A stretch of DNA of 64,000 nucleotides from Octopus sinensis (taxonomy: Eukaryota), in NCBI RefSeq assembly GCF_006345805.1, contig NC_043021.1, forward strand, positions 24,676,001-24,740,000, given 5' to 3'. Both the position numbers and the translations under genes were made by a program. The notes beneath the pieces were generated by a model. That model worked only from the letters and a program-made list of their open reading frames with translations, did no database searches and was not told where the DNA came from. Position 1 is the first letter of the stretch; each line of letters begins with the position of its first letter. This document shows positions 11,800 to 25,900 of the stretch, one piece after another.

Positions 11800-14700
11800 C
11801 TGGAAAATCAAAAAAGGTAAAATAATAGAAATAAATGACAAAGATTAATTTGGTTAAGGATATAAAAAGATAGATCATCATTTTAACGTCCATGTTCTCT
11901 GCTGGCATTGGCTGGAATGGCTTGACAGAACCAAGAACTGCATCATGCTCCAGTCTCTGCTTTATCATGGTTTCTACAGCTCAATGCCCTTCCTAACACC
12001 TGGGTGATTTTTGCCATGGCACCATCACAGGTGAGGTAACCATGCAGCTTGCATGGTTATGAACCCAAGGGTGCAGCTTTACACTGGGAGATGAGAAGTT
12101 AACACCTCAGAGAAGAACAAGTTTGTTGATGTAGAGGATATAATGTGAAAAGTTAGTGCCAACTTATTCATAAAAGTTCATACTGAAGAGGTTTCCCAAT
12201 CTCCCCACCCCCCAAACACTCTCTCCTTCCCTCGCTCTCCAAATTTCCTTGCTCACCATTAACTTGGAGCCCCTTCAAACTAAATTCTAAAATGCATTGA
12301 TGTCATTCAGTAATCCTTACACTTGAGAGGAATATTGACACTGATCCATCTTTTCAGGTAAACCAACAGAGTCTGAGTCACTCAAGCTGCTAGAAACAGT
12401 AGCCAAGTCTCCTAACACATTAAATAATGAAGGGAGCTTTGGACAATTCAGTCCTCAATATATTAATCACAGCTGGAGTATGTTTAAATCTGCTCAATCA
12501 GAGATAACTTACGGCTAAACCATTACCTCAGAAAATAATAGCAACGTATCATTAGCTCAATCCACTAAGTTGTAATGAGGGAGACAGAGAGGGACACAGC
12601 TCAAAACTAGATGCAAGTGAGAGAAAGAGGCAGTGTGTGTGTGTCATGGAAAAGCACGTGTGGCACCATGTAAAAACACCTGTGCAGAGCCATGGAAAAG
12701 CACGTGTGGCACCATGTAAAAACGCCTGTGCAGAGCCATGGAAAAGCACGTGTGGCACCATGTAAAAACGCCTGTGCAGAGCCATGGAAAAGCACGTGTG
12801 GCACCATGTAAAAACGCCTGTGCAGAGCCATGGAAAAGCACGTGTGGCACCATGTAAAAACGCCTGTGCAGAGCCATGGAAAAGCATGTGTGGCACCATG
12901 TAAAAACGCCTGTGCAGAGCCATGGAAAAGCACGTGTGGCACCATGTAAAAACGCCTGTGCAGAGTCATGGAAAAGCACGTGTGGCACCATGTAAAAACG
13001 CCTGTGCAGAGCCATGGAAAAGCACGTGTGGCACCATGTAAAAACGCCTGTGCAGAGCCATGGAAAAGCATGTGTGGCACCATGTAAAAACGCCTGTGCA
13101 GAGCCATGGAAAAGCACGTGTGGCACCATGTAAAAACGCCTGTGCAGAGTCATGGAAAAGCACGTGTGGCACCATGTAAAAACGCCTGTGCAGAGCCATG
13201 GAAAAGCACGTGTGGCACCATGTAAAAACGCCTGTGCAGAGCCATGGAAAAGCACGTGTGGCACCATGTAAAAACGCCTGTGCAGAGCCATGGAAAAGCA
13301 CGTGTGGCACCATGTAAAAACGCCTGTGCAGAGCCATGGAAAAGCACGTGTGGCACCATGTAAAAACGCCTGTGCAGAGCCATGGAAAAGCACGTGTGGC
13401 ACCATGTAAAAACGCCTGTGCAGAGCCATGTAAAATCGCCCCATGTGCTGCCAAGTAAAAGCACCCATGCAGCATCATGTAAAAGAGCCTGTGCAGTGTG
13501 TCATGTAAAACTGTAGACTGCAGACTGGTGCAGCAGCTTCCCAACTTTACCAGCTTCTGTCAGACCGTCCAACTGATGCCAGCATGGACAACGGACATTA
13601 AATGACGATGATATATGACTGACATTCCTGTTTGCTCAGCTTTTTATTCCTTTTTACCTCCAAATAGAAGACACTATTACCATCACTTACATCAACACAC
13701 ACACACATCAAATCATGACAAAGTTAGAGATTTAGAGCTGAGAAGAAACTGAATATCATAACATTTGTTCTTTCTTAACCCTTTTGAAACAAACCGATCC
13801 AATAACACCTCTGGTTCTCTCTTTTCTCTCATAAAAAGGACCAGTTTTCAACTGATTTAAATAAACATGTCCCATCAAAAGTTCGTGTAAATTTATATTC
13901 CAAACACCAACTTTACAATGGCAAAGTTACTTTACTAAATTCTTTGTTTATTTCAAAATTGATCGGAACAAATCCAGTTTATCTTGAAATGAATATGGTA
14001 AGAAAACGGTTACAGAATGTGAATAAGGTAATCAAGAGAAAGAAACAAAATCTATGCTGTAGACCCTTCAAAAGGGCACCATTGCACCATGTGTCAACTG
14101 TAAAACCAAAGTTATAAGGCCAGCAATTTTAGGGGGAAGGGTAAAGTTGATTATATTAACCGTAGGGCTTGACAAACAGTAAAGTCAATCTTGTTGGCAT
14201 TTGAAATCAGGACATAAGGAGCCGGGAGAAATGGCAGAAAGTCTTCTGCCCAACTCCTGGTTCTGCCAGCTCACCGCCTCAACCATATAAAAATCATTTC
14301 CTCTAACAGCAATAATGATTTCTTACATAATAAGGAAACAGACAGAAGATTATTATATGTATAAATCTTTTAAAGCTATTGTCCTCCCAAAAAGAGAGAG
14401 AGAGATGAAACAAGGTGAGCAGGACAATAAGAAACAATCAACACAAAACAATGAAAGAGAAAAGACAAAAAAAATGAGGAAAATGAAAGGAAAAAGAAAA
14501 AGGAGAAAGGAGAATAAAAAAATGAAAAAAAACTTTTGTCTTTTTATTTATATAAACATATGGAGCAAGGTTAAACAATAGTGGACTCAATAGAAAAAAA
14601 GCAGAGTCTATTGGTGGATTAACTATTGATTTCATTTCAACGGTTACTTTGTAAAGAGTTGGTGAAACTGTCTTATCTATTAAAATGGATTATTAGGATT

Positions 14701-17700
14701 AACTCTATCTGAAACTAACAGTTGTAATAAATTGATAGTTAATCCAGTTGAAAATATGGTTCAAAATGATACAAAAAAATATAAAAGACAGGTGAGAGAG
14801 AACAACAAACAAAATGTATTAGTTTGAAGTTCAGGAAAAATGGAAGGAGTCTTGGACATTTCCAGCAAAGATTCTGCTCCAAAAACGAAATAAGGAGAGA
14901 AAACAGATGGAGGCGGTGTGCTTGTGTACGAAGATTTTTACAAGACAAAAAGGCTGACAATAACTTCAAAGTTCCGACTTGTTCACCATCGGCAGACTGT
15001 CTGATGATGGTGTTGTGTAGGTTGAAGCCTTCTAAATCACAGTCAGCCTTTTGTTGGGGGGGGGGGGGAGGCAAAAATGATATAACCTCTACCAGGAAAA
15101 GCATTCAGTAACCCTTTAGTTTAATGTGAAACTGTTTTGATGCCTAAACTTTACATAAGTACAAACACACACACACACACACACACACACAGATATTGTT
15201 AGCGACAGAGGAAAGGAGCCTGCAAATCAAAGATGGTACTTGTTGCATTTAAAGATATAACATGGAATTTTATATTTCAAAGTTTACTTCCAACTTAGCA
15301 AGATGTTTCATCTGGAGGTCAGCAGGGATGTGCCGTCCAGCAAGTGAAACATTTTGCAGGCAACATGTCTGTGCATGTATTTTGTTTGGTTGTTGGATGT
15401 TAGAACATTTTATTTACACCAAGGAACTTCTGTTTTATAGCTCATGACAATACACCAACGTGTGGAAACCATTAGATACAAAAACAAAAAGTTATTTCAA
15501 AGCAAGCTAAATGTTCGTGTAGGACAGGGTACTTAAATCTGGCCAAAGAACATAGCAATCAAAACAACAGATAAGAGAGACATTAGGGGATATCTTATGT
15601 TGATGAAAGGACAAGACTTTGAATGGTTGCCAACTGTTATGAGATTTTTACTTCTAGATGCATAAACAGCAGAAGACTAAGTGTAATCTGGCTTTGTGAA
15701 AAGTTAGAATCCTTTGTTTAGAAATAGTTTGGAATCGAGATTGGTATGCTGGTACCCATTCAGAAGTAAGACACCAGAAGACAATCAGAGAGCAAAATTA
15801 TTGAAACAGTGGAGATCAAAAATGTAGAGATCAACATCTTGTCTCAAACCTAATGTCAGCAGCCAAAAGACAAAAAAATCTTTCAGCAACAATTCATCCA
15901 AGATATTAAATCAAACATCTTGGTATTCTGACAGAAAGGGAAAAAAAATTGAAATGTTATTGAATGAAAATGAAGCGTCACCGTTCTTACCTAATGATGT
16001 AACAAAATGCTGGTGGGCATTTAATGTCTTCTGGTTGCGTTTATTCTTGATATCCCAGGTTCTGATAGTCTTGTCATCAGATGCACTTAGAATGAATTTG
16101 CCACCAGGGTGGAACACCAAACCACGTACCCAGTTGTCATGGCCAACCTGCAAAAAAGAAGTTTCAAAGAGAGAATGTTTATACCAGGGTTTTGCCAAAA
16201 CAGCAAGGGACTGACTCAGGTCATGTTGGAAAGGATATCCATGTGGAGAGGGAGTAAGATGAGAGAGAGGGGGGGGAAGATGTGCAAGGAGTGATACGTC
16301 CGGGTAAATAAGGGTGGAGATGAGAGGAGGATTGAGAATAATGGCAGAAGAGAGAGAGAGAGAGAGAGAGATAGATTTGAATGTGTAGAAAGGTATTTGG
16401 TGAGAACAATGAGTGTAGGTGGGGGTGGAGAATAAGGGATAGAAGGGTCCAAGAGTGCAACAGTTAAGTGGTAGTAGTGCAAAGGAGAAAGGAAGAGCAT
16501 GTGTTTATTCTGTTGCCAAGGGAGTAATGCCAGAGACAGAGGAGAGCTGGAGGGAGTTAAGGGAATGAAATGTTAAGACTGTCTGATGGAGCAGAATGGA
16601 TTTCGAGCATACGCAGAACGCTTTTAGGACACCAGTTTACTGTGGTGGAGAGGGTTGCTTGAGCACAGTAAATTGCAAGTTGTCATCTTGGCCCTTCCTT
16701 ATCTCCTCACCTTTGGGGGAAATGGACAAGCATGTCAAGAGTGCCTCAACATTTAACAGACTACCAGAAACTCCAAACTCAGGACAGTTTTCTGTAAGAG
16801 CATATCGTGTCTGCTTGAAGGACACTACTGTGATGTGCAATTCTGCCTCTCTCTCTCTCATATATATATATATCATCATCGTTTAACATCCGCTTTCCAT
16901 GCTGGCATGGGTTGGACGGTTTGACTGTGGGCTGGCGAACCAGATGGCTGCACCAGGCTCCAGTCTTGATCTAGCAGAGTTTCTACTGCTGGATGACCTT
17001 CCTAACGCCAACCACTCCGAGAGTTTAGAGGGTGCTTTTACGTGCCACCGGCACGGGGGCCAGTCAGGCGGTACTGGCAACGACCTCGCTCAAATTTTTT
17101 ACACATGCCAATGGCACAGGTGCCAGAAAGGCGATACTGGTAACGATCCCGTTCGAATGGTGCTCTTAGCACCCTACTAGCACAGGGCACAAGTGTCAGT
17201 AAGGCGAAGCTGGCAACGATCACGCTCGAATGGTGCCCTTTGAGTGCCACTGGCACGGAAGCCGGTTAGCTGCTCTGTCAATGATCACGCTCGTATGGTG
17301 CTCAAGCCCGTCATCAAATTTATATATATATATATATATATATATACAGTCAACTCTCGCTACTATGCCACCTTGCTACTATGCCACTCTCGCTACTATG
17401 CCAGTTTTGCGCAGTCCCGGCCAAATAATAAACAAAAAATTTTTACTATGCCACCCTCAACTCTTGCTACTATGCCACTTGTAAACTGAAGCGCACGCAA
17501 CTTTCCTACATTTTGTACATTTCGTATTTGTAATCTTGTGGAAAAGTTCAGAAAGTAGCACACAATGTCAGCTCAGAAACACAAGCGGACTGAGTTTACG
17601 CTGAAGGAAAAGAAGGAGATTATCGATGCTGCGAAAAACGTTATTGTCGGGCCCCTCGTATCATTAGTAACATCTGATACAAGTTACCGCTCCTTGTATT

Positions 17701-19885
17701 GTCCGACATGTTTCACTCTAGAAGAAATAGCAAAGGAGGTAATGCATAACAAAGAGCCGGTGGAAAGTGAAGACGACGAGGTAATTGTGGAAGAGGAATA
17801 CGTTTCGTTTGCAGATGCCCAGAGAGCATGGAGCACTTTCCGAAAGTTTATGCAGCAGAAGAGCAGCAGAAAACCCAGCGTCATGCAGGTGTGTGATAGG
17901 CTAGACAACGAAATGAATGAAATCCGCCGAAAGAAGATGCGTCAGCCGACAATTTTTGAGAGCTTCGAGATTAACTAAAAGCAATCTGAACTTAATAAAC
18001 TTGGATGTCTTCTTTTTACCACTGCATTGAACTTCTTATTGGCCTTACTTCCTACCCTATGAATTTTTATTTGTATGTTCAGTAAATTTTTGGTTATGTA
18101 GTGTTTAGATAACAGACCCTCGGTACTATGCCACTTTGGCTCAGTGCCGCAGGGTGGCATAGTAGCGAGAGTTGACTGTATAAACATATAGGCATGGACA
18201 ATGGATGTTAAATGCTGATGACATATCCATGCATACACCTACATTGTCTCTCATGGCTTTTTCTTGGTTTTCTTGTAAATAATATCTACAAAGTAATTTT
18301 GTTATGAAAAATAGATACAGCACAGAAGTGTTTGTAAGTATTTACAATGTATCTCAAAGAAAACTTTATAATTATAATGGATAATGCAGTCCTAGATATA
18401 ACCAAAAATAAGAGGTAATCATAGCTGGAATGTCTAGTCACAAGTCTACCCAAGGTTAAATAACTCGGCCTACAGTTACTCAATCTGCTAGAAATAGCAG
18501 TGAAGTCACCCCCAAATCACACTGCAAGTTCCTTAAAAAGGGGGAAAGCCACACAAACTATGTAGTCACTGTTTTTAACATCCATTTTCCCATGTTTTTC
18601 TATGGCCAGATGCTCTTCCATTTGCCAACCGTGTTTGGCCATGGAGCAAAATAATATTTGCTCCATGGCCAAACATGTTTTTAGCAGAATATTGGAAATG
18701 AATCACGTTGCTTTTGAACAGTCACAATAATCAGGTGACAACATTGACAGGGAGACACACAAAAGCACACACACACACACACAGCCTGGGGTTGTAGAAG
18801 ACACTTGCCCAAGGTGCTATGAAGTGAGACTGAACCTGAAACCATGTGGTTGAGAAACAACCTTCTTAACCACACAGCTATGCCTGCACCTATTAGCTGT
18901 CCTTGACAGTAAATGAAAGGATAAAAAGACAGGATAGTCATGGCTGGAATCAATTTGTCAGCCTGACTGAGATTGATCTGAACAGCAGCAGCTTGTTTAT
19001 TAATTCACCAAAACAGACCAAGTTCACCGAGTGCTCTCGGTTGGTGTGTTAACTGGTGCAGATCTCTCACTTCTGACTTCACTTGTCAACTAAGTCAGCT
19101 GTAAAACTGAAATGCCTAAAATACAGAGTAAACCAGTTCACAGCTGAATGTTCCCAAACGAGTGAGTGTTAATGAATAAATAATGAACCACATGAATAAT
19201 GCAAGGATGAAGAGTGAGTCATGACAAACTTTCTCCAGCAGGATTTTCAACTTGCAGGTCAACAGGTAGGAGCTTTCAGTTTCTCCTCTGTCCAATCTAC
19301 CTTTTCTTTTTATGATCAACAAAACAGTTCAAAGAATTCCCTACCCAACCCCACACCCCCACCATGGTTTTTTTTTTGGGGGGGGGGATTTAACAACTTT
19401 ATTGCCTATTATATGAACTACAGTATAAACAGATAGCCGAGTATACCTCAGATATAGTAATTTGCAGGCACAATATGACACAGTTGACCCTTTAAACTTC
19501 AGATACAGCCCTCCCTCTCCCATGTAAAGGGTTTCCATACACTCTTAACCCTTTAACATTCAGATTACTGTCGAATGTAAGGCTTATTTATTTACACTGT
19601 TTTGAATTAATTACACATTATCTTATAGCTTTGAAATTTCAATGATAAGATTGCAGAATGACATTGTAGGGTAGGTGTAAGATGCCAGATCTGGCCAGTT
19701 TGAACAGAAAACAGAATGTTTTGGCTGGACACGGCCTATTTAAATGCTAAAGAGTTAAGGCTTGTCACTGTGAAACTAGGGTTAAAGACACCCACCTCTG
19801 ATACTCTGCAGCAGTGGAATTAAACCCAATAGCTCATAGCTGTCAGGTGAATTTCTTCACCAATCACCTACATAGGCTTTCTCAT

Positions 19886-19916
<31 letters not shown>

Positions 19917-22900
19917 ATCCATACTGACATTAAGAAAAGTAAGCATTTCTAATTTAATAAACAAACCCCCATCTTTTCAAGGAGGCAAAGTTATTATTGT
20001 ATCTTCCACCCCCTTAAAACCTGTCATACCAGTAAGAAGACTCCCATAAATAGCAGGGATTTTCTCTGCATAAAACAGATTTATTTCTTAGGCCCAAGAT
20101 GACATTTATAAAGGAAAAGAATCAAATTGTTTCCTATTTATAAATATGCTGTCCCTAAAAGCATGACTACACTGGTTTTCGTAGGGAATCTGAGCCAAAA
20201 ATTTAATACTTTACAGTGATTATCACACATACATTCTACATCCATTTCTTATACTGACATAGTTGTAGAAAGACCTCACATCATTTCCTCATTTGTCAGT
20301 CCTTCATCTGACACACACGCACAGAGAAAACCACCTAATCTATTATGAATGCTATTTTTATGCTCTTCTCATCACCAACTATTTTGCAGAATGAACTGCA
20401 TTTCATCCCACCTCTTGAATGTGTTGCCTTCTGAGTGATTTGCAGGGTTTGTATCTTGTCTTTGGGATTAAAGCTGAACGTTTCATGGATACACTGTCTT
20501 GCAGAGTCCAACTTCTTAGATAGGGGACGAACAGACTGTACATTGTGTATAAAGGGTGACATTGTATGTTCATGAGATATGGGCACTGAATGTGGGGACA
20601 ATGTATGGAGACTGGAAAGAAATCAGTTGAACGTGTCCGTTTGGGATAGAGCAAAAAAAGGTGAACTGAGAGAAAAGAAAATGGGGATTAGAAGGGTTAG
20701 CCAAGATATGCGAGAGAAAAGACTGCACTGGTACAAACATGGATGTCAATGAAAGATGAAAAGCATGAGAAAGTGAGTTAAATTGATGCCAGGCTACTGA
20801 GAACCTCACAAAGATAGCAAAGAACTGCAACAAGTTGTGAAACATTGTGCTGGGGCAGACCTGTCCAACCCATGCCAGCATAGAAAAATATGAGGTGGAT
20901 GTACATACCCAAAAATAAATTAAAATCTTTAAAAAAACAAATACAAAAACATAAATTGAAACCTGATGAGAAACAAGGATGTAATAACAGGATATTGCTA
21001 TCTCGTTTAATTACCAACAAAACAATCGATTCCAGTTGATTGTGGGTTATTTTGATGTTCAGGGTGCAATATTTGGAGAGATTTGGCAGTAGCACCATTG
21101 AGAATCTGTTGCTTGGCAGAGCAAATGATCAAAAACAGTCAAAATACATCTAAAGACAGATTGGTTGGAAAATATTTGTAGAAAAACAGATTCACTTAAA
21201 TTTCTGTTAAACTTTTCAAATGTAATATCTTTTAGCAGTAATGTTCACTTTGATGTGAAGTTCATTTGTATCCAAGATTATATCCAATACATTGAAGCAA
21301 AATGACAATATGTACAGATCAACACTTGAAAAAAATCTTGAGAAAATAATGCTTTTAATATCCTTTGGCATAAATGGGGACATTGCTGTTCTTTACACAT
21401 AGCATCCAACACAGAATAAACATAAGCAACCTAACAACAAAGTATTTCAAAACAATTATTTCCATATCCAATCTCTCGTACTAGTTGTAATGGATGCACA
21501 TTACATACAGGAAGATGAAATGTCTGCCATAGCTTTTATGATGCCTTCTTCCAAAGATAAACAACTTCCTCAAAATCTTTTAGAAGTGGCTGCATCTCAT
21601 TTGGTAACATTTCCTTCAGGTGATGAAAAACAAAAAGAATAAAAGTGGTGGAACAAATATAAACCCATTCACCATGTGGCAAGATATGAAAGTTTTTCAT
21701 TTAAAACTAAGTCCAAGATTCTGAAATGCCTTCTTATTACATCAGCACTATATTAGTATGGAGCCTAAATTGTTGTCAACTAAAATGTTCTTGCTATGAA
21801 GACTAAATTAACTTTTGAGATTTTAATGTAAAACGAAAATATCCTGAGCAAGCAACAGGCCCAATGACAGGACACAAGTCTTGTATCCATTGCTAGCTTA
21901 GACTGCTACAACTAATTGACATATCAGTCGAAACAAAATTTGAAGTCCTGAACGTGAGATGATGGAGTGGCAAGCATTCTCTTAGGAAGTCAATGTAACT
22001 AAATGGCAAGTGCTGTATGGTTCCTGTCCAATCAGTTTGCTTGTGGCAACAGTTTCAAATTAGTTTTTATGTCATCAATGAGGGAGAAACTGAATTCAAG
22101 GCATTTCTGTTTTCTCCATATGTAAATTACAAGAGTGAGTTCAATATTGTGAAGAACATTCATTGTATAATAAAAGGTGAACCTACTTCTACCTGGCTGC
22201 AGGGGAAAAAAAATTGACAGCAAAAGGTGACTCAAAATAATTTTCAAAGTGTGTAAGAAACAGTTATCTCCCTTGAGTTTCAAGTCGGAACCAATTTGTG
22301 CTCACTGAATGAGAGGACTACAGAAATAATCCTACGACGTTAAGTAGGAGCATTTAGAGACAAAAGAAATCCAATGCTATATTCCAGGATCCACTGCCTT
22401 ATGTCCAGGATCCAACACAGAGGTTTATGTAATCCTGCTTAATGTAATGGCAAGAGAGTATGAGCTGTACCAGTGATTATATAGTGCTGCCATTTACCGT
22501 GTGCCAAGAGGACTGCTTTGAAATTTAAGAGGGAGAATTCGGAAAAGGGCTTAAGGATTAGAGTGATACATAATTTCTATTAGCACACAGACCCCGATGG
22601 TAAATGGTGATGCTCTGTTCCAAATTATCCACACAAAGCTGGGAGTTGTTTTATCTCTTCATTACCATTTATATTCAGTTCTGTGGCAATGTCTACAGGG
22701 CCAGTGATGTAAAGAAATTTGGGTTTGAGCATAGGCAACTTCTAAATGGATTTATCTGCAAGTCCTATGTTGTTGTCGTCGTCATCATTCAACACTAGAT
22801 CAGACCTGAATCGAGCACAACTGTGATCAAAGGTGTTCCAGAATGAACTATTGTCTTTTAAGGATATCTAGCTCATTTCAAGACAGCTGAGTAGGAAAAG

Positions 22901-25900
22901 GATTTGGCAGAGATTTCAGTATCCAGAGCTGTTATTTCAGGAGATATCAGCAAGATATACAATACCTCTATCCAGTCCCTTAGCTTTCAGAAATGAAAAA
23001 AAAAATCCATATTTCAAAGATAGTCGATCAGTTCTTTTTCTTTTGACTTCAATATTTTAAAATTGTGAATCTTGATGACACCCAACATATTCTATATGCA
23101 GTACATATCTTTTTTTTTTTCCTTTATTATTGAACAATGGTCAAACCAAGACTAACAATGAAAAAGGTACCAGGATCTTAATAGCACTTGCCATGCAAAC
23201 CATAAGGTGGAATTTTATTAAAAATTCATTTTAAACTGCCATCATAGAATCCTAACCCAAATAAACTTGGTGAAAAATCTTGCTGATGAGAAAGGTTTTT
23301 GATGATGTTAGCCAGGTTATGTGATGGTTGGAGACTGTTTAAAACCTTCCCTCATCAGTTATTCCTTTCAATGTAATGATGGGAAAACTCAACAAAATAA
23401 CCGGCATAAAACCTTATAATAACTTTTCACTAACTTTGCATTCTGTAACATGTCTATATTACATATTTTGATTAACTGGTGTTGCATGAAGCAGCATTTA
23501 AGAGAATATATGTGAGTGTACAATCATATTTAAAGTGTTCATGCTAGATTTGGACATGGGAAGACATTTCACAGAGAAATATTCTTGAGGGAAAAATTCA
23601 CTTCAGAGTTTAAAAATTGAAAGGGCAACAACTGATGTCATCAAGTTGTAGGATATACATACATTTCTGTGTCATTGCACATCATCAACAATGAATATAA
23701 AATGTCCTATATAGCCCTATAAGAATGATAGCTCTTAGATACAAGAACAACAGTCAGTAAATAGAACAGTAACTAGTAGTCCTTAAAGCTTAGTCAAGCT
23801 AGAACTAACTTTTCAACACATATTTCAATGGTAACTCTGCATGTTATCAATGCAGCATTAGTTGGCATTTTGTTCCATCATTAAATCAGTAGAAAGATAT
23901 CTAAAGATCTGACCTGATTCAATTCTACAAAATATTTAAAAAGAAAAAAAAAAAAGAGTTCGACACAAAATTAATTTGTTGAAGCAGAACTAACTAAAAA
24001 ATTTTTTAAAAGTCAAAAAAACTCACCAATGTGAAGAGACAGAGACCAGTTCCAACATCCCACATTTTGATTGTTTTGTCTCGAGATCCCGAAAGTAAGA
24101 AGGGACCACTTCTTGTTCCCTTCTTTAGCTAAAAAAAAAAAAAAAAGAACAATAGTCAAATGGAAACACAAAAATATTACAGTTTTACTGGGAAAAAAAG
24201 AGCAGACAAGAAAAGACAAGCAATGACGAACGGTATTCAAACTGCGATCAGCTCTGATCATTGAGTTATGGAGATGAGTGTTCAAATCATGATCATCCCA
24301 TCTTGTCTTCTAGTTTGTTTAGGTCTGCATCATCCAATGTGTCCTGTTTATGTGACTTAAGGGAGATACTAGCCCAAGGCACTACACAGTGGGAATGAAC
24401 TCAAGACCACATTGTTTGAAGTAAGCTTCTTAGTTAGTTAGTTAGTTAATTTTTTGGCTCAAAAAGCAAAAAGCAAGGCCATGTAGGGGGACATGGAGTT
24501 ATGTACAGGGTGGTGTTCATGTAAAGAGTTCAGGCCACTTGAGGTCAAGGGAGACTTTGAACAAAGCGGTCATCGGCATCTTCACCATCTCGTCTGGCAG
24601 CTTGTTCCACGGATCCATAGTTATCTTAACCACATAACTATGCCTGCTATTTCTAGCACACTGAGTTGCCTGGTAGAAGCTCGCTTTTTGGTTCACAAAA
24701 TAATCTAAGAAGTGATAACAGCCTAAAATGGAGGTCAGTGAACTAAGGAGGGTTGTGAAGCAACAGAGATTAAGAATTTGCCATAGCACACAACACTAAC
24801 CACAGTAATGTGAGTGCACTTCTAGCAGATACGTAGCCAAAAATTGTCAAAGGTCTATTTGTATGCATCAAAAGACATTCCATATATGCCTCAATTGATA
24901 TTTTATTAAACCAGTAACAAGGAAAGAAGGAATTTAAAATGCTGAAATCTTTTAAAAGTTATTTTTTACTATTTACTTGTTTTGGTCACCTGGACTGCAG
25001 CCATGCTGGAGCACCCCACTAAAGGGTTTAGAAGAAAAGAACAACCTATAATACTTTCCTTTTTTTTTTTTATTTTTCTTAGGTTGATACTTATACAGTT
25101 GGTCTCTACTGCTGAACAGCTAAGTTATGGGAATATAAACAAATGAGTACCAGTTGTCATACAGTGGTAGGGGATAAAGACACACACACACACACCGAAA
25201 TCCATTCAGAAAGCATTGTTTGATTTGGGGCTATAGTAAAAGACCCTTGGCTCAAGACGGCACACAGTGCAATTGAACTCAAAACTATGTGGTTGCAGAG
25301 CAAGCTCCTTTACCATTCAGCCATGCATCCAAATATATGCAGCAATGACTTGTACAATGGTTTCTTTATTCTGACACAAAGTGACCAACATGTAATGGAG
25401 AAATATTGTCGAGAGAACCAACCACAGCAGATGACACAACAGGTGAGCTAGTTTGGGTTCTTCATTGAACTTCTTCTATTACTTATACTATTAGTGCCGG
25501 TGACAAGTAAGCAAACCATCCGATCGTGGCCGTTGCCAGCGCTGCCCCAACTGGCCTCCATGCCAGTGGCACGTAAAAGCACCATCCATTCGTGTCCGTT
25601 GCCAGCCTCGCCTGGCCCCCGTACCGGTGGCACGTAGCACCATCCGTTTGTGGCCGTTGCCAGCCTCGCCTGGCCCCCGTGTCAGTGGCACGTAAAAGCA
25701 CCATCCGTTCATGGACGTTTGCCAGCTCCATCTGGCACGTAAAAAGCACCCACTACACTCACGGAGTGGTTGGCGTTAGGAAGGGCATCCAGCCGTAGAA
25801 ACACTGCCAGATCAGACTGGGCCTGATGCAGCCTTCTGGCTTCACAGACCCCAGTTGAACCGTCCAACCCAAGCTAGCATGGAAAGTGGACGCTAAATGA

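Noticed and set aside
12645-13426. CRISPR-like regular repeat
   Set aside because: Contiguous units without unique spacers, eukaryotic intron context and no cas genes.
12552-13544. Long ORFs (up to 274 aa, [12 protein letters not shown]... repeats)
   Set aside because: Translation of the 46-bp minisatellite, which lacks stops in these frames; no splice or homology support.
14739-15104. 121-aa minus-strand ORF in the last LIS1 intron; a tttag|aa acceptor would be in frame as an alternative last exon
   Set aside because: No polypyrimidine tract at that acceptor, no recognisable motif, and it would truncate the last WD40 blade. Only RNA-seq could rescue it.
20964-20975. CTGATGAGAAAC motif
   Set aside because: No stem II between the core halves and no stem I or III pairing.
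20900-23900. Possible fossil hAT transposase (ATTDV...[14 protein letters not shown] at about 23625-23705; 79-codon stop-free stretch at 21403-21640)
   Set aside because: Fragments are short, in different frames or strands and full of stops; cannot be supported without BLASTX or HMM searches.
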